Of a stretch of DNA of 64,000 bases, positions 12,351 through 26,732 are shown piece after piece; the stretch's first letter is position 1; each line of letters starts with the position of its first letter. The translations under genes and the position numbers were made by a program. Under the pieces are notes generated by a model, which was not told where the DNA came from, made no database searches, and saw nothing but the letters and a program-made list of their open reading frames with translations. Source of the DNA: the human T2T-CHM13v2.0 reference genome, Homo sapiens; NCBI RefSeq assembly GCF_009914755.1, contig NC_060942.1; one strand, given 5' to 3'.

Positions 12351-13686
12351 AGGATGCTGTGTGACTTACTTTAACTCCCTTGTTGGTTTTCCACTATGCT
12401 GCTGCTACACCTGCAAATGTGTGTAGCCTGGTTATTTTCTGGCATTCTACAGCTGCTGGAATATCTAGTTTCTAAGACTGTTTCTCTCTTTTTGGCCACT
12501 TTGTTTTTCTAAAATAAAGAGTACAAACCAAAGTCCACAAGCACACGTAAGAAAAAGGCAGTCCCAATTGTCCTTCCCTCTCACGGCTGTGACAGTGACC
12601 ACCCATCAGCGCTGGCTTCATGCTCACACCTGAAAAGTGAGATTTCTGGTCTTCTAAAAAGGCCCTCATCCCAAAATACACTCTTTTTATTGTTCTATCT
12701 GGTAGTCCAAAAGTCTAGAATTTTTCAATGTGTGCTCCCAGGACATTAGTGCCAAGGGTAAGAAATAGGGGTTCTGTGGTCAGATAAGTTTGGAAAACAC
12801 TGCACGTTGTACTAAACTCTTAGAAATTCACCATTTGCAGTAGACACTAAGCTCTGAACAGTCTTGCCATGTTTTAGCCCAGCATTTCTCAAAAAGACCT
12901 AATCATGAAACTCAGTATCTCACTGTCATAAATTACTGAATAAATAAAATAAAATAAATAAAAATGTTTCCCAATAGGAATTACATCACAAAATTCAAAG
13001 TGCTACATGAGAAGAAAGAACAAAGCATGATTTGGTGAAGAATGGAGAATCAAAAATCAGTGCCCAAGGAGGATCAGCACTGAACTACAGACACCATGGA
13101 TAAGCTCTGAACCCTCTAATATTGACCCCCCACCCCACCCACGGTGTTGTGTAATTGTTAAGGGGAAAGAAGAAATTAAGTAAGCAAAAAAAAAAAAAAT
13201 TTTTTTTCTTATGTTTCTATTAAGAGATGAAGTGCCAAGAATTGGGATGAGGAATACACAGATGGGAATATTTAGAGACTTTCACAATAAGATTTCAAAC
13301 AATTTTCAACCTCTCTTTGGGCAAGAGCCAAAACAGAAACCTAGAAAGCAGTAATGTCCAAAGCGATAACGAGATATGGACCAACAAAAACTCAGACATG
13401 AGTTCCTTTGACTTCAGAGAAAACAAACGCCAGGGCTATTTTAAGGTAGGAGAAGCTGGGTGAATAAACATCTTGGATGACTGTACGATTCTGGTGGGGA
13501 ATGTACAAGATCTCACTGCAGGGGTGCAGAAAAAATTGAGTAAAATCAGAGTATGATTTTAAAAAGCAACTGAAAGACAAAATCACCAGTGGGCTATTAA
13601 ATCCACACTTCAAATATGCTCTTTTAAAGAAAATGCATTATATGCATATTCAAAGCTATAAAACATTACAGTTTGGTTCACGTTGC

Positions 13687-13952
13687 AGATTGATTGATTG
13701 ATTGATTGATTTAGATGGAGTCTAGCTCTGTTGCCCAGGCTGGAGTGCAATGGCGTGATCTTGGCTCACCGTAACCTCCGCCTCCCGGGTTCAAGCAATA
13801 CTCATGCCTCAGTCTACAGAGTTGCTGGGACTACATGTGCGTGCCATCACGCCCAGCTAATTTTTGTATTTTTAGTAGAAACAGGGTTTCACCATGTTGG
13901 CCAGGATGGTCTCAATCTCCTGACCTCGTGATCCGCCCACCTAGGCCTGCAA
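13687..13952 (-). mobile_element. AluS (5'-truncated) with (GATT)n tail
   Basis: Alu body 13712-13952; tail converted to ~6 GATT units. Confidence 0.9.
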
Positions 13953-16417
13953 AGGTATTTTAAAAAGAGTTTGTTTGACTGGGATACTTCTCCTTCCTTG
14001 GGAGATTAGCACTGCATTATCAACATAGATCCCAGAACTAGATTCCATTTGCAAATCTTGAGTATGGATCTACTGGAATAGATAACCAACTGGTGTCATA
14101 AGGATAAGATAATATCTGACATTTGTTTTCTCCTAAGTAATAAGTTTGGAAGGATACATCCTTACTCTAAAGATAATTTGCTCAAAAAATTTTGATACCC
14201 AATTTAAGAAATGCTTTAGGGACTGTGTCACATCTTTTAAAATAACTTACATGGTGGGAAATTGTTGCACTTTGACAGTGACTTTAACGTTTGAAAACAG
14301 CTCAAAATAGTGATAAGTGGAGTCCAGTGAATGAGGCGGGGGCATCCGGCACTGGGTCAGAAATGCAGTGTGGCTCTAAGGTGATGCAATGGCAACCACG
14401 ATGATGCTTTGCAGCAAAACTGATCATGCTTTGAAAGTTATTGCTAAGAGGTTTGTGGTTGTTAGTGAAAAATCCTAGGAGCTGGAGCCTTCTAGAAAAC
14501 ACTGGCTCACAAGAAACAAAGCCCATTTTATGAGGATCCCTCTTCTCACTGCCTTGTAATCTGACCTTTCATCTTCTCTTGTGACTGAGGATGGATTGCC
14601 AGAGGCTGTGTGCTATAGCAGCCTTGTCTGGCCTGCAATGCAAGCCTGGCTCCAGCTAACAACATTTCCTTGCTTACCAGCTAGACTGATTTTGGGCCCC
14701 AAGGCCAACACGAGTCAGGATTAACTAAGCATGAGCAAGCTCTAATATTTAGTTTGAAAAATATTTAGTTTGGAAACCAGTGTTTAGTTTGATGAGAGGA
14801 AGGAGAGGGGGTTGAAGAACAGGAAGCTCACACCCCCACAGCTAATGCTGGAGCCATGACAGCAACACCTGCGTAGGGAGCCCCATTGTGAGTCTCTGAC
14901 CTACACACACCTGAGGTGTTTGTGCAGCCTACCCTTTCCTTTTATGGATAATAGAATTATCTGAGATCTCATAGTCTACAATGTCAATGTAATACTGCAA
15001 CTGATTACATTCAGTATTTTACTCAGTATCTTTTTCTGACTCAAATCTTGTTTATATCATCCTGTGTTCTTATACGATTGTTTAGCTTCAATTAATAACT
15101 ATAATGTAGCTTGGTTTTCTTTAAAGGCATGTCTAGTAATAAGCTATGGGTGATGAAGCTCCTTTATTTCTGCAGATACAGAAAGCCAATTCGAATCTAA
15201 ACATGCTCACACATCTTGTTCATGCTATTCCCATCACTGGTGTGCACAGTCTCCATGATTCTGTATTAGGAGCAGGTGAGGGAGGATCATCGAAATATTA
15301 GAAGCTCAAAGCCTAAACTAGAATGTCTCTCCTTCATAATCAACTGTTTTGTAAAATCCTGAACCACATCTCTAACATGGTAAAAAAAAATTATTGTTCT
15401 TAGCAGTTCCTAACCTTTCTTTGAGGGCAAGTCCTAAGTGTATGTACATACGATGGTTATTAAGGAGGCCAGAGCGATTTAGATATAAAAATTCCGGCCC
15501 GTAGGTTAAAAAGCAGTGATTTATGGCCATACCTTTTAATATTAAAAAAGGCATGTGCAGAAATATTACCCTGAGAATTGTGAAAATATTTCTTAGCCTT
15601 GAACACCTCATTCTAGAGATGATGTAATTGAAAAACAGACAGTTTCTGTAACTTGGCAAAGTCGCATAGCTCGTTATGAACAGGATCCAGATTTGTTCGT
15701 TAGACCTTCAAACCTGGGCCCTTTCCAACCTGCATGCTGCCTAGGTTCCCTAGCAGGGGTCCGTGTACCTGCAGCAATGCCAAAGGCAGTGCTGCCCGGC
15801 AGGGACAGTCCAGGGAAAGCAGCAGGAGGGAGATGGCAGGAGCAGGGACGGCCCAACTCTGCCCATCTCTCTAATTCACTTCCATGGTGCTTCAGTTCAA
15901 GATTACCAGCTTGCTAAGGGTCTTCATCCTTCTTCCTTTTCTGCACCTGTGGCCAAACTGCTGCCCTAGAGGGTTTGACCGCAAGAGAAAACAGATCGAT
16001 TTGTGTGGTTCCAGGAGAGCTAAAAACATTTTTAAAAATAATATGCATTTCAAGGATGTGACTTAAGTTTTACCATTGTCAAATGGGTTTTTCCTTCTCT
16101 GTTCCCTGCAAAGCAAGTAAAAGGTGTTAATTGCCATCCTGATACAATTCACATTTATGAAAGTCACAGAGTATATATTAGGCTGTTATAAATTTTATAT
16201 TCAAAGACTTAAAAACCAATCGCTATAGGAAACTAGACCTAACTCTATTTTCAGACTTCTGAGATGTTCAAAACAAAAATTAGTCAGTGAATGTTTTAGT
16301 CAATTGGTAAATATTTCTTCAGTGTTCCTGTGTGTTATAGTCCTTGCTGGGTAGCTGAAGTGTAATGATCAGAGGTTATGTTCACAATTTGAAAAACCTA
16401 CAATCCAAAAGATATAG

Positions 16418-16876
<459 letters not shown>

Positions 16877-17224
16877 TAATACAACATTCTGTAATGAGTA
16901 TGCAAAGTGGCGGGTGAGCACAGAAGGAACAAATCCTTCTGCCTGGGAAGGAGAATTAAAGGAGAAAAGATGTCACGTTGTTTCAAAGGTAACCATGAAC
17001 CATAGCACAGAGGCTGTCTGATGTATCTGATTGGGGAGAAGACGGCAAAGACAAGACCATTCTCAACTTTCAACAGGTCATGTTCCAAAGCTTCTCGTAA
17101 GCTGATTGGTTCTCTAAGTTATCTGCCCATTGAAACTGTGCTGCTCTCGATGAGAAGGAACTCACACTAGCCAATGTTTTACTCATAATCGTGCCTAACT
17201 TCTGTATCTGGAGCTATTCATAAA

Positions 17225-17460
17225 AGCAACTATTTATTGAGTATTTACCGTATGTCGGGCACTGCTCGAAGCACTCTATAAGCACTGACATCTAAGGTTT
17301 GCAACAATCCTCTGAGCTATCTTCTATTATTACCTTGTTCCAGATGAAATATCTCAAAAACAGGGGTCAATCTGAACAAGGTCACACAGCTGAATGACAG
17401 AGCCAAGATCAGTACTCAAATAATCTGGCGTTAGACCTGGGGCTCTTAGTCAAGATAGTA
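17225..17460 (-). mobile_element. MIR
   Basis: TATTTATTGAGTATTTAC...CAAGGTCACACAGCT...CAGAGCCAAGA. Confidence 0.65.
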
Positions 17461-17699
17461 CATTTCACCTTGAACATCAGAAACCATATAATGCAAATAA
17501 AAGAAGGAGGAAGAGAAAGAATTTTTGTATTGTTTCTGGTGTGTAGAGCAGGCCCTGAGAAAGATGTGCTACTTTCTGTGTTGGAAGTCATCTTGATAAG
17601 CCCGTAATTGCCCAGTGATATTATGACGCCCTAATAAATATATGGGCATCTAGATCATACCTGTACCCACAATGTAAATACTCTCTCTCCCATTTATTT

Positions 17700-18760
17700 A
17701 AAATGTCCATCCCATCCCACCTAGACGATGGGAGCAAATAAGCTATTTGACCTAATATATGGGTAATAAATAGCCATTTTATCTTTCCACAGATATTTAC
17801 ACTTCAAATGAAGACACTTGTTACTCAAAGAAATGGGTTGGGAGACATAAAATAAAAATGTAATCAGCAGTGTAGTAGGGTCACCGGCCTCCCCTTCCTT
17901 TAACGGGTTCTGGGACTCAAATCTGGGAAGTGATTGAGGGACCGTGACTCTTTCTTTTGGTATGTCAAGATAGACTTCTGTTCACTTGATCTAGAACTCT
18001 TCTGCTTATACAGATCGAGTCAGAATTCAGTAGACTGCCCATCGAGTTCTCTTCTAGGGACACCATGACCACCTACCCAATGCCGTAGGACTCTCAAGTC
18101 AGGCTGTTCAGATTGCTGCTTTGACTCTGCTGTTCTCCATGATGGCAATGCACCCACCTGGTCTTTGGTGATCACATGGCCCCTGCCACCTGGGATCCAA
18201 CCATCCCCAATGCAGTTAAGGACCCCCAGTCAGTGGCAGCAGCTTCCACTGCAATCTCTGACCTGCAGAGAAGAGCAGCCCCAGAGCTCTTCATGGACAC
18301 CTGAGGCTCCCTTCAAAAATTTTTTTCCCCATACTTCTGGTGAAAGTGTGTCCTCTGCACCCTCCCAAGGTGGATGAGCAGATCTTTTATGATAAATCCA
18401 CTGTAACATCCCAATCTCCCTAAGCCTCTGGATCCCTTCCACTACAGCATACCAAGGTAGCTCTGGCATTTCAACTTCATTTAGTGTAGGCCACCTTTTG
18501 GTGCCTGTTTCCGCCACCAACCAAACTGTCAGAGCCCTTTCTAAGCCCTGGAGGTACAACACTGACCAGATCCAATTTCATGTTCCTTGCATCATTATTC
18601 CACACCCTAATACCCATTCCCACACACTTTCCTCTAATTTATGTCTAAATTGAGAAAATCATGTTATTTTGGAGTATAGATCTCATGGGTCATACTTTGT
18701 GCCTCATCTTTAGACGCTTAGGGACTTGAGTCTAGCTAAGGTCTAGAAACAAAGATGGGT
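17700..18760 (-). mobile_element. Older, more diverged ERV-L internal fragment (gag to start of pro)
   Basis: ORF 18230-18562 (KRWPTLNEVEMPELPWY..EGIQRLREIGMLQWIYH..PPWEGAED) is homologous to gag at ~7170-7330. No flanking MLT2 LTR seen. Confidence 0.82.
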
Positions 18761-18879
18761 GTTAGTGTAGATCCTCAGAAAAATGTCAGTGGTGTCTGCA
18801 AGGCACACTAAGGTACCTTCAACCACAGGAGGCACAGATGATACTGTTATTGCATGCTAATATCCACTCTCTGTCATGG

Positions 18880-19290
18880 CCACAGACCGACTTTTCCCAT
18901 TTTAGCTGAGCACATTATCCACCAAAATAAGAATGACATTTCCCAGCTTCCTTTACAGTACGGTAGGTGGAGAAGATTCCTACACTCAGGCTAACTGGAT
19001 GTGAGCAGAAGTGATTCTTGCAGCTTCCTGGCTGTACCCGTAGAGGGTGGGGAAGGAGTGTTCCTTCTGCATCTCCTACCTCCAGCCTTCAGCTTGATGT
19101 GGACATGGTAACAGGCTGTCTTGACCCATGCAGATGAGTGCAACCCATGTGGGATGGAAGAGTATGGCTGCGGCCCTGGGAAACTTTAATAAGCAGAGTT
19201 AACATACCCGCTCCAATCACCTACATCTTGACTATCAGGGGAGACAGACTAAGTTTGTCTTATCTAAGCATCATTATGCTGAGAAACCTA
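18880..19290 (+). mobile_element. MaLR LTR (MLT1-type), old
   Basis: TTTCCCAGCTTCCTTTACAGTA...GTGAGCAGAAGTGA resembles the MLT1 consensus. Confidence 0.5.
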
Positions 19291-20644
19291 CATGGAAAAC
19301 AGAACTCAAGAAGAACAGAATTGTCTTTGCTTAGAACTGGCTGACGGGGCCTTCTATCAACTGGAGAAAAGAGCCTATTTGCCGCCAGTCAGGACTACAA
19401 GCCTGTTGGGCTAATGACCAAGTGGTGTATTTAAGGAAGAATGGCAACAGTGGATTGACTGGTTTGACCAAGGTTAAGGCTGGAATGTAATTGCCCACTG
19501 AGAAAAGCCCCAACTATGCTTCTCAGAAGAAGATTCTGGGGGGCTTAGGGCAGGGGAAGGCACATCTAGCACCACACAGGGTAAAGATGGAATGAGTCCA
19601 AGAGGCCAGGTTGGAGGCTTGAGGTTCTGCATGCTGCGGGGCGCACAGAATGTAGAGCCACGCAACACGTATGTGGACCGAGATGAAAACTTAAGGGCAA
19701 AACTTAGAAGCGTGCCCTTGAACAAGGTGCTTGGTGTGGACAGCACTTGCACCCAAGGCAGCAGTGGCACCCACAGTCTCGTCACAAATGTGCAGGCTAA
19801 GGAGCAGACGAACGGCTTGTTCACTTGACCTAGAACTCTTCTGAGCACACCAGAGAAGGCCCCGGGGAGACAGGATGCTTGGTGTTGACCAAGTTGAATC
19901 TGAAGTGGGGTGGAGAGTTCAGAGTTGGCGACAATACTGAGGCGACAATAACCTGAGTTTGGGTTGCAGAATGAAATCACTCCTGAAGAGAGCAGTGAAG
20001 GTCTCAGCAGAAGCTTCCCCCTCCAGGTGACTGGTGAAATGGCCACAGAAAGCCTAAGTAGTTTCTGCAGAACTAACCTCATAGATAGACCAAATCCATC
20101 CCTTTTTTATAAAATATATTTATAATTTGCAAGTTCATATACAAAAGGAGTTTAAATATGTCCATCCACAATATCCTAGTTTAATGCAGAATTGTGCCCA
20201 AACAGTACGGCACAAAAGGGGAATTTAAAAATAGCAAGTCATAATCAGAAAACATCACCATCCTATATGATAAAGCAAGGCAAATAAAACTTATATGTAT
20301 ATGCTGCAGGTGCAATGAAAACATTTTATAAGCTGGTAACTGTTACATATATTTTCTTTTAAAAACCCAACAACACATTGAAAAAATGCAAAGCTATACG
20401 TTGCTGTTAAATTTTAAAAATAATTTAGCTAAATTTTCTATGCCTATTAGATAATCACTAGACAGTTAAGAAATTATGAAATTATTAGACACTGTGTCTC
20501 TGACGGGCTTTTCACGATGTTGAGTATGTACTTCTCATCATTTTGATTTTGCCACGTCCTAGACAGGTCTGGAAGGTCAAGTGGAAGCTCTGAGGAATAT
20601 GACAAACCTCGACTGACAGCCAAACATTTAAAAAATGTTTTCCA

Positions 20645-21333
<689 letters not shown>

Positions 21334-21748
21334 TTAAATCAAAAATCTTATAAGCTGTAATGTTGTAGATTATACACATGGTATCATATTGTTCTTCATC
21401 AATTGTTCTTCAATATCCAGATGGCTTATGCTATTCTAAGTTCTCCTGAATATTTATGCAAAAAAGCATATTATACACATCATTACTACATAACTTCACA
21501 TACAATTCACTGTTAGTAGCACAAGAACCCAAAAGGAAAATGACATGTTAGAAATAAAATCACATTAAATAAAGACTACAAAAATGGTGCTGAAAAACAA
21601 AAGCAAACGTTAACAGTATTGATCTAGTGAGAACAATATGTAATTGTTCTAAATATTGTTTTTAAGTCCTATTAATCAGAAAAATGCAACTGCAGATTTG
21701 GAATATTGAGTAAAACTGGTGAGAAAAATCCTGAGAACTAAAAATCTC

Positions 21749-21750
<2 letters not shown>

Positions 21751-21824
<74 letters not shown>

Positions 21825-21832
21825 TCTCTCAC
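21751..21832. repeat. Compound (CA)n(CT)n microsatellite
   Basis: About 16 AC units followed by about 24 TC units with one interruption. Confidence 0.97.
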
Positions 21833-24800
21833 ATAATTTGGCTCTAGGAAGGCACTAAGTTGCCTTCCCGTGAATCCCACATCCTCAGATCAGCCTTCTC
21901 CTGGCCCATGCTCTTACCTCCTAGTCTGTTAATTTTGACTGAGACATCGCCTGAGCATTCTGCTCTCTGCTCATCTTCATAAAGGTAAGGCAGCGCCTGC
22001 TGTGTGTCAGGCTTTATACAAGGTGTGCTGTGCACACTATCTCACAACCATGCATGTAATTCTTGAGTGTTAAAAGCGAAACAAAACCATAATAGAATAT
22101 GTTATTTACCATTTTACAGAAAGAAAAGAGAAACAAACAAAAGGAACTCCACAATCATACAGTGAAGGGCAGAGCCATGAGGTCAATGAGAGTCTCTTAA
22201 ACTGCCCAGTGGCAACACCATCCTTCCTCAAAGGTGAAGTCCAAAGCCATCTGCTTATCTCTGACTACGAACAAACACACATCACCCGTAAAGAAACACA
22301 CACACTTACAAAGCAACAGGATGGACACATAGCTGCAGCACCCACAGCTCAGGAGACAACATGCTCATGCCCGTCTGTGTGGATGAAATATTTTATTTTA
22401 GAAATAAGCTCTAAATTTCCAATCCTTTCCACTGTTCCTTTTTTCATTTCTGAACTTGATAAATAGTATCTACTTATATAAGGCTGAGAAAGTGTGACAG
22501 AAAAGCAAGTTACTTTCTTAAATGCCTTCCATGAATCCTTTGGCAGCTGCAGCCACCTACCACTGAGAGCTACAGCCACCGCAATAGGGGAGGCCAATGC
22601 TGATCACATAGACATTAGCTCCATTTGTAATTCTTGGACTGTGTGGAAGTGTGATTTCAAAATGATATATATTACACAGGAAAATACATCATGCTATAAA
22701 GAGATAATTATGATTAGATAGCCATATCTAATATATTTCAAAAATGAGCCCAAATTTTTACTCACATTTTAATCCAACTATCCTTAAAGGAAGTTTTAGA
22801 GATTCTTTCTGGATTGGAATATTGTTTTTCAGAGCACTAGTTGATTGGTTGATTCTTGTTTGTGGGACACAGTCCCCTTTTCTGCTCTGCTCTTTCCTAA
22901 GCTCTGATTGCCTGTTTTAGGGGACGGGCAGCCATGATCTCTAATCCCCTGTTCCCCCAAGCAAGGCTTCCCCTTTCTTCCCCCTGAAAATATGTAAGTC
23001 ATTTCTTCCAGGCAAGACATTAGGGAACTCCAGGCAACACTGGGCAAGATGGAATAAAATAGTCAGGAACATCAATTAAAAACAAATACACCAGTGCATT
23101 CTTGACCGAAAAAATCTCAAATCATATACCTAAAGACGGGTGGTATAGTAGAATCCTGTTGAAAGAAACTAAACGTAAAATATGTGTAAAATGTTCAATA
23201 ATTATCAGTTATAATTATTAGAGATTGCATAATATGGAAAGTCTTTACCTTTTTGTGTATTATGTGTAAGAAAAATAATCAGATGACTTAGCAACTAGTC
23301 ACAGATAATTTGGGAGATATTTAAAGTTTTTGGTGGCTATGACTATATGCATATCCATCACAGGATGTTCATTTTGGATGGTAAATAACATATTCTATTA
23401 TGGTTTTGTTTTGCTTTTAACACTCACGAATCACATAACATCTGCATTGAAGAGGCCTGAGTTCACTTATCACTTCTCTTAAAATTTATCTTATACGGAA
23501 AAAGAAAAAAAATCTGTAACCATTATATTAAACACAATAGCAGTTAATTTTTAACATCTATCATTAAGTAAAAACACTAGGAATCTCTGTGCAGGAAAAT
23601 TTCAACATCAGTATTAAAGAAATGAGCTTAAAGGAAAATATGTAAGCTTCTACAAAGGCTTAGCTTTGAAGGCTGCCTTTTCCAGATATAAAAATAGATG
23701 GCTAAAATGTAAAATCGATTCTAATGGCAAGCAGACCTTTGCACTCACTATGCGCAGGAGAGAAACCTGAATATTTGACTTAGCAGCACCTTGGGAGTAG
23801 GCAGACCAGAACCCTCCAATAACCTTGGAAATCTCCACTTCTTGCAGAAAAGAATCAAATGCTCAAATAAGGTGGCATATCTGCTCAGCCCTCTTTCATC
23901 CCTGTAAGTAAGTATCATGATTAGAAGATGTCAATAATTTTCCAGAATGCAGGTTATCTTTTCTAAGCACCCAACACGTGAGGAGGTCACTAGGGTCAGG
24001 TCTCCCAGGGAGCTCAGGCTCTCTTCCAGCCAGGGGCCAGTCCACCTCCTCTGCTTTCTCCTGGATGAGGCTTTTCCTAGGGCAGGGGAAAGCAACAGGT
24101 TCCAGGCTGAGCAAGGGGGACCACTACCTTCTAACCCCCTACACACTCATACTCACACTCACACATACTCATAACACATGTGCACACTCACACTTATGCA
24201 CTCAAACTCACATTCACACAAACTGTTACACAGTCATGCACACACTCGCACACCCAGGTTAGTCTCCCTGAACCCAGAGAGGTGTGGGAGTCCTGAAGAA
24301 TGAGCTGGATAAAGAAGGCAGCCCCAGGATCTCCTGGGCAGACTCAGCTGTCCCCGAGGCAAGACGCAGTTTGCATGTTGGCCAAGGTTATTATCTTGTC
24401 GCCCCTGGAAGCCGAGCTCCTCCCAAAAAGTCCAGGATCAAAGTGGACTCAGGCAGCGGGAGCCCCCAGCCTGCCCCGGGGCACAAGCCAGCCAGCAGGA
24501 GGTGAACAGTGTGCGGGCACCACAGAAGAAGCTCGGTGGGGGTCCCAGTGGTGAGAGGCAGGGCTGAATCCAGACCCCAGTCCCCCCACCTCCACCCTGG
24601 CTGCGAGTCACCGCCCCGAGCCCCTGTGCCCAGCAACCCAAGCTGGGAGTGCTGTGAACCAGGCCAGCTCCCCTTGGGAGGGCAGAGTACTACAGCCCTA
24701 CTGAAGGAGTTTTTAGCATAGGCCACCAACCTTTAGTAGGACTGACAGGCCCCAACCCCAGCATCCGCGGGGCTTGGAGGCAGGTGAGCTGAGTCCAGGG

Positions 24801-26668
24801 AGCCCAACCTGCAAGAGCCTATGCTCAGGGCAAGGTCGCAGGCAATCGCTGCTGGCACTTCATTCCGCCACTGGTGCCAAGTCACAGAGTGGACCGAGCT
24901 GGCTGCAGGGAACCACATGCCTAACTCTTCCAACAGTCACAGTGAGCTGCTGTCCCTTGGAGAGCGGGATGGGGGATGGGGAAGAGGGTGTCCATCCTCC
25001 AGGAACAGTGGCGAGGAGGACGGTGGATAGAGGGACTGGGAGGGAGCAGAGCGGCCTTTAACCTTAGTGCCACTCCCCAGGACCCCTCCCCGGTCTGCAC
25101 TGAGGACCATAAATCACGCTTCATGCTAAAAGCCCTTTGTTAACTCGGTCACTAGCTTCCAATTCACAAATAGTAAATGTGCCAGGCACAGTGCCAAGCG
25201 CTTAGGATACAGAGATGATCCCTGAGCAGTGACACCCTCTGTGTGTAAGGCACCTGAAGAATCCCTTTCCCAAATCGCTTTTCAAGCTGGCGGGGAGAGA
25301 GGTGCATATCCGCTCTGTGGAAGCTTAGCTCTTCATCTATGCGAGTGAGACTAGACCCCTGCAAAATGGAAACTCAAACTGCAAAGTAGAGAACGAGGCC
25401 AGCATCCACCCGTGGGTCCCTCCTGCTGCCCCGGGACCCCGCCTGGCCACACCTTCCCTCCACTCGGAGCGCCTTTCTGGGTTTTCCGCTGAGGTTTGTT
25501 GAAAAGACGCCTCCCAGACTCTTCACTCACGAAGTGTGTTACAAAAACTCTCCCGGCAACTGTCCTGACCCTCACCAATCACGCTACAGCCCCCATTCGA
25601 TTGCTTGCACAAAGAAAACATTTAACACAGGTGTGATCAACCTCGGTCAAGATGCAGAGTCATCAACCTCGGTCAAGATGCAAAAAGGTGGCCTTTTCTG
25701 CGAAGGCCACGCCCTCTGTAAATACAGTTACTACTTGGTGAAAAGCGCTCTACTTCCTAGCTCTTGTTGGTGAGAGGGAGAGCAAAGAACCAGGGCCCGG
25801 CATTCTTACGAGAGGAATTCAATGTCACAGGCACTGCCTGTTTGAGGAGAAGATCAGAAACGGTCCGACTCCCAGAACGCAGCACCCAGTTGCTTTGCAC
25901 GCCAGGCCAGTCCTGGGGAAACGGTGCAACGCTTGTCTGGGCGTCGAGGAGGCTCCCTTGCGGTCCTCCCTGGGCCCTTGCCAGTCCCAAGGAGTTCCAA
26001 CCCTGCTTTCTAACCCTTTAAAATCTGGAGAGGGCGGCCGCTGGGAGGCGGGACTAGGTGTTGGGGGTCTATAGCCTTAGCATCCAGTACTTTTGTAGTA
26101 GGGGCTTTTGTGGAGGTTTTAAAAAATAAGTAAGAAACGTCAAGGCACTGTCTCCCTGTACCTCGTCCCTCTTTTTCTTTTTTGAATGACCGGAGTCCTT
26201 CACTTCTTCCTTCACGGTTGCTGGGATTTGGGGTCTGGGAGAGATGGCCTCTGGGCCGTCTGGAGGCACAGCATGCTGTGCTTGCAGGGTCACTGGGGCG
26301 AGGGGCTCAGGTAGGAGCCTGACTGTACCTACGATGGGGATGCATCCGCCTTCCAGCCACAGCAATGGCCATCCTTAGTACACAAGTCAGTACTCCACGA
26401 AAGAAAATCCACGTGTAACTAAATTCAACATAAACAGTTTCCAGCACATGCCCGTCCCGAGCATCCTGTTAAGAGATACCCCGATCGCGCGCCCCAGAGT
26501 GGGAAGTGAGAGAGCCAGGCTGTGCACCAGGGACAGCGCGCGTCTGACGCCGCTGGCCTCCCGAATCGAACCCCAGAGCACCAGAGCCCTTCACTTTGTT
26601 AAGAAGTCCCCCACCCAGGCGCCCCCCTCGTCCTCCTCAAGTGCCCTCGGAAAGCGGACCAGACTCAC

Positions 26669-26732
26669 CTACTGCCAGGCAGATGGGCAGCAGCAGCCTG
26701 AAGATGAGCCCGCACACCACTTCTGAGGCCAT
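26669..26732 (-). CDS. PIEZO2: First coding exon of PIEZO2 (mechanosensitive cation channel), codons 1-21 plus 1 nt, phase-1 intron
   Basis: Minus strand reads CCGACGCG-ATG-GCC...ATC TGC CTG GCA GTA G|GTGAGT, i.e. MASEVVCGLIFRLLLPICLAV, which I recognise as the PIEZO2 N-terminus. Strong Kozak (G at -3, G at +4), canonical donor at 26668, inside a CpG island. Confidence 0.97.
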
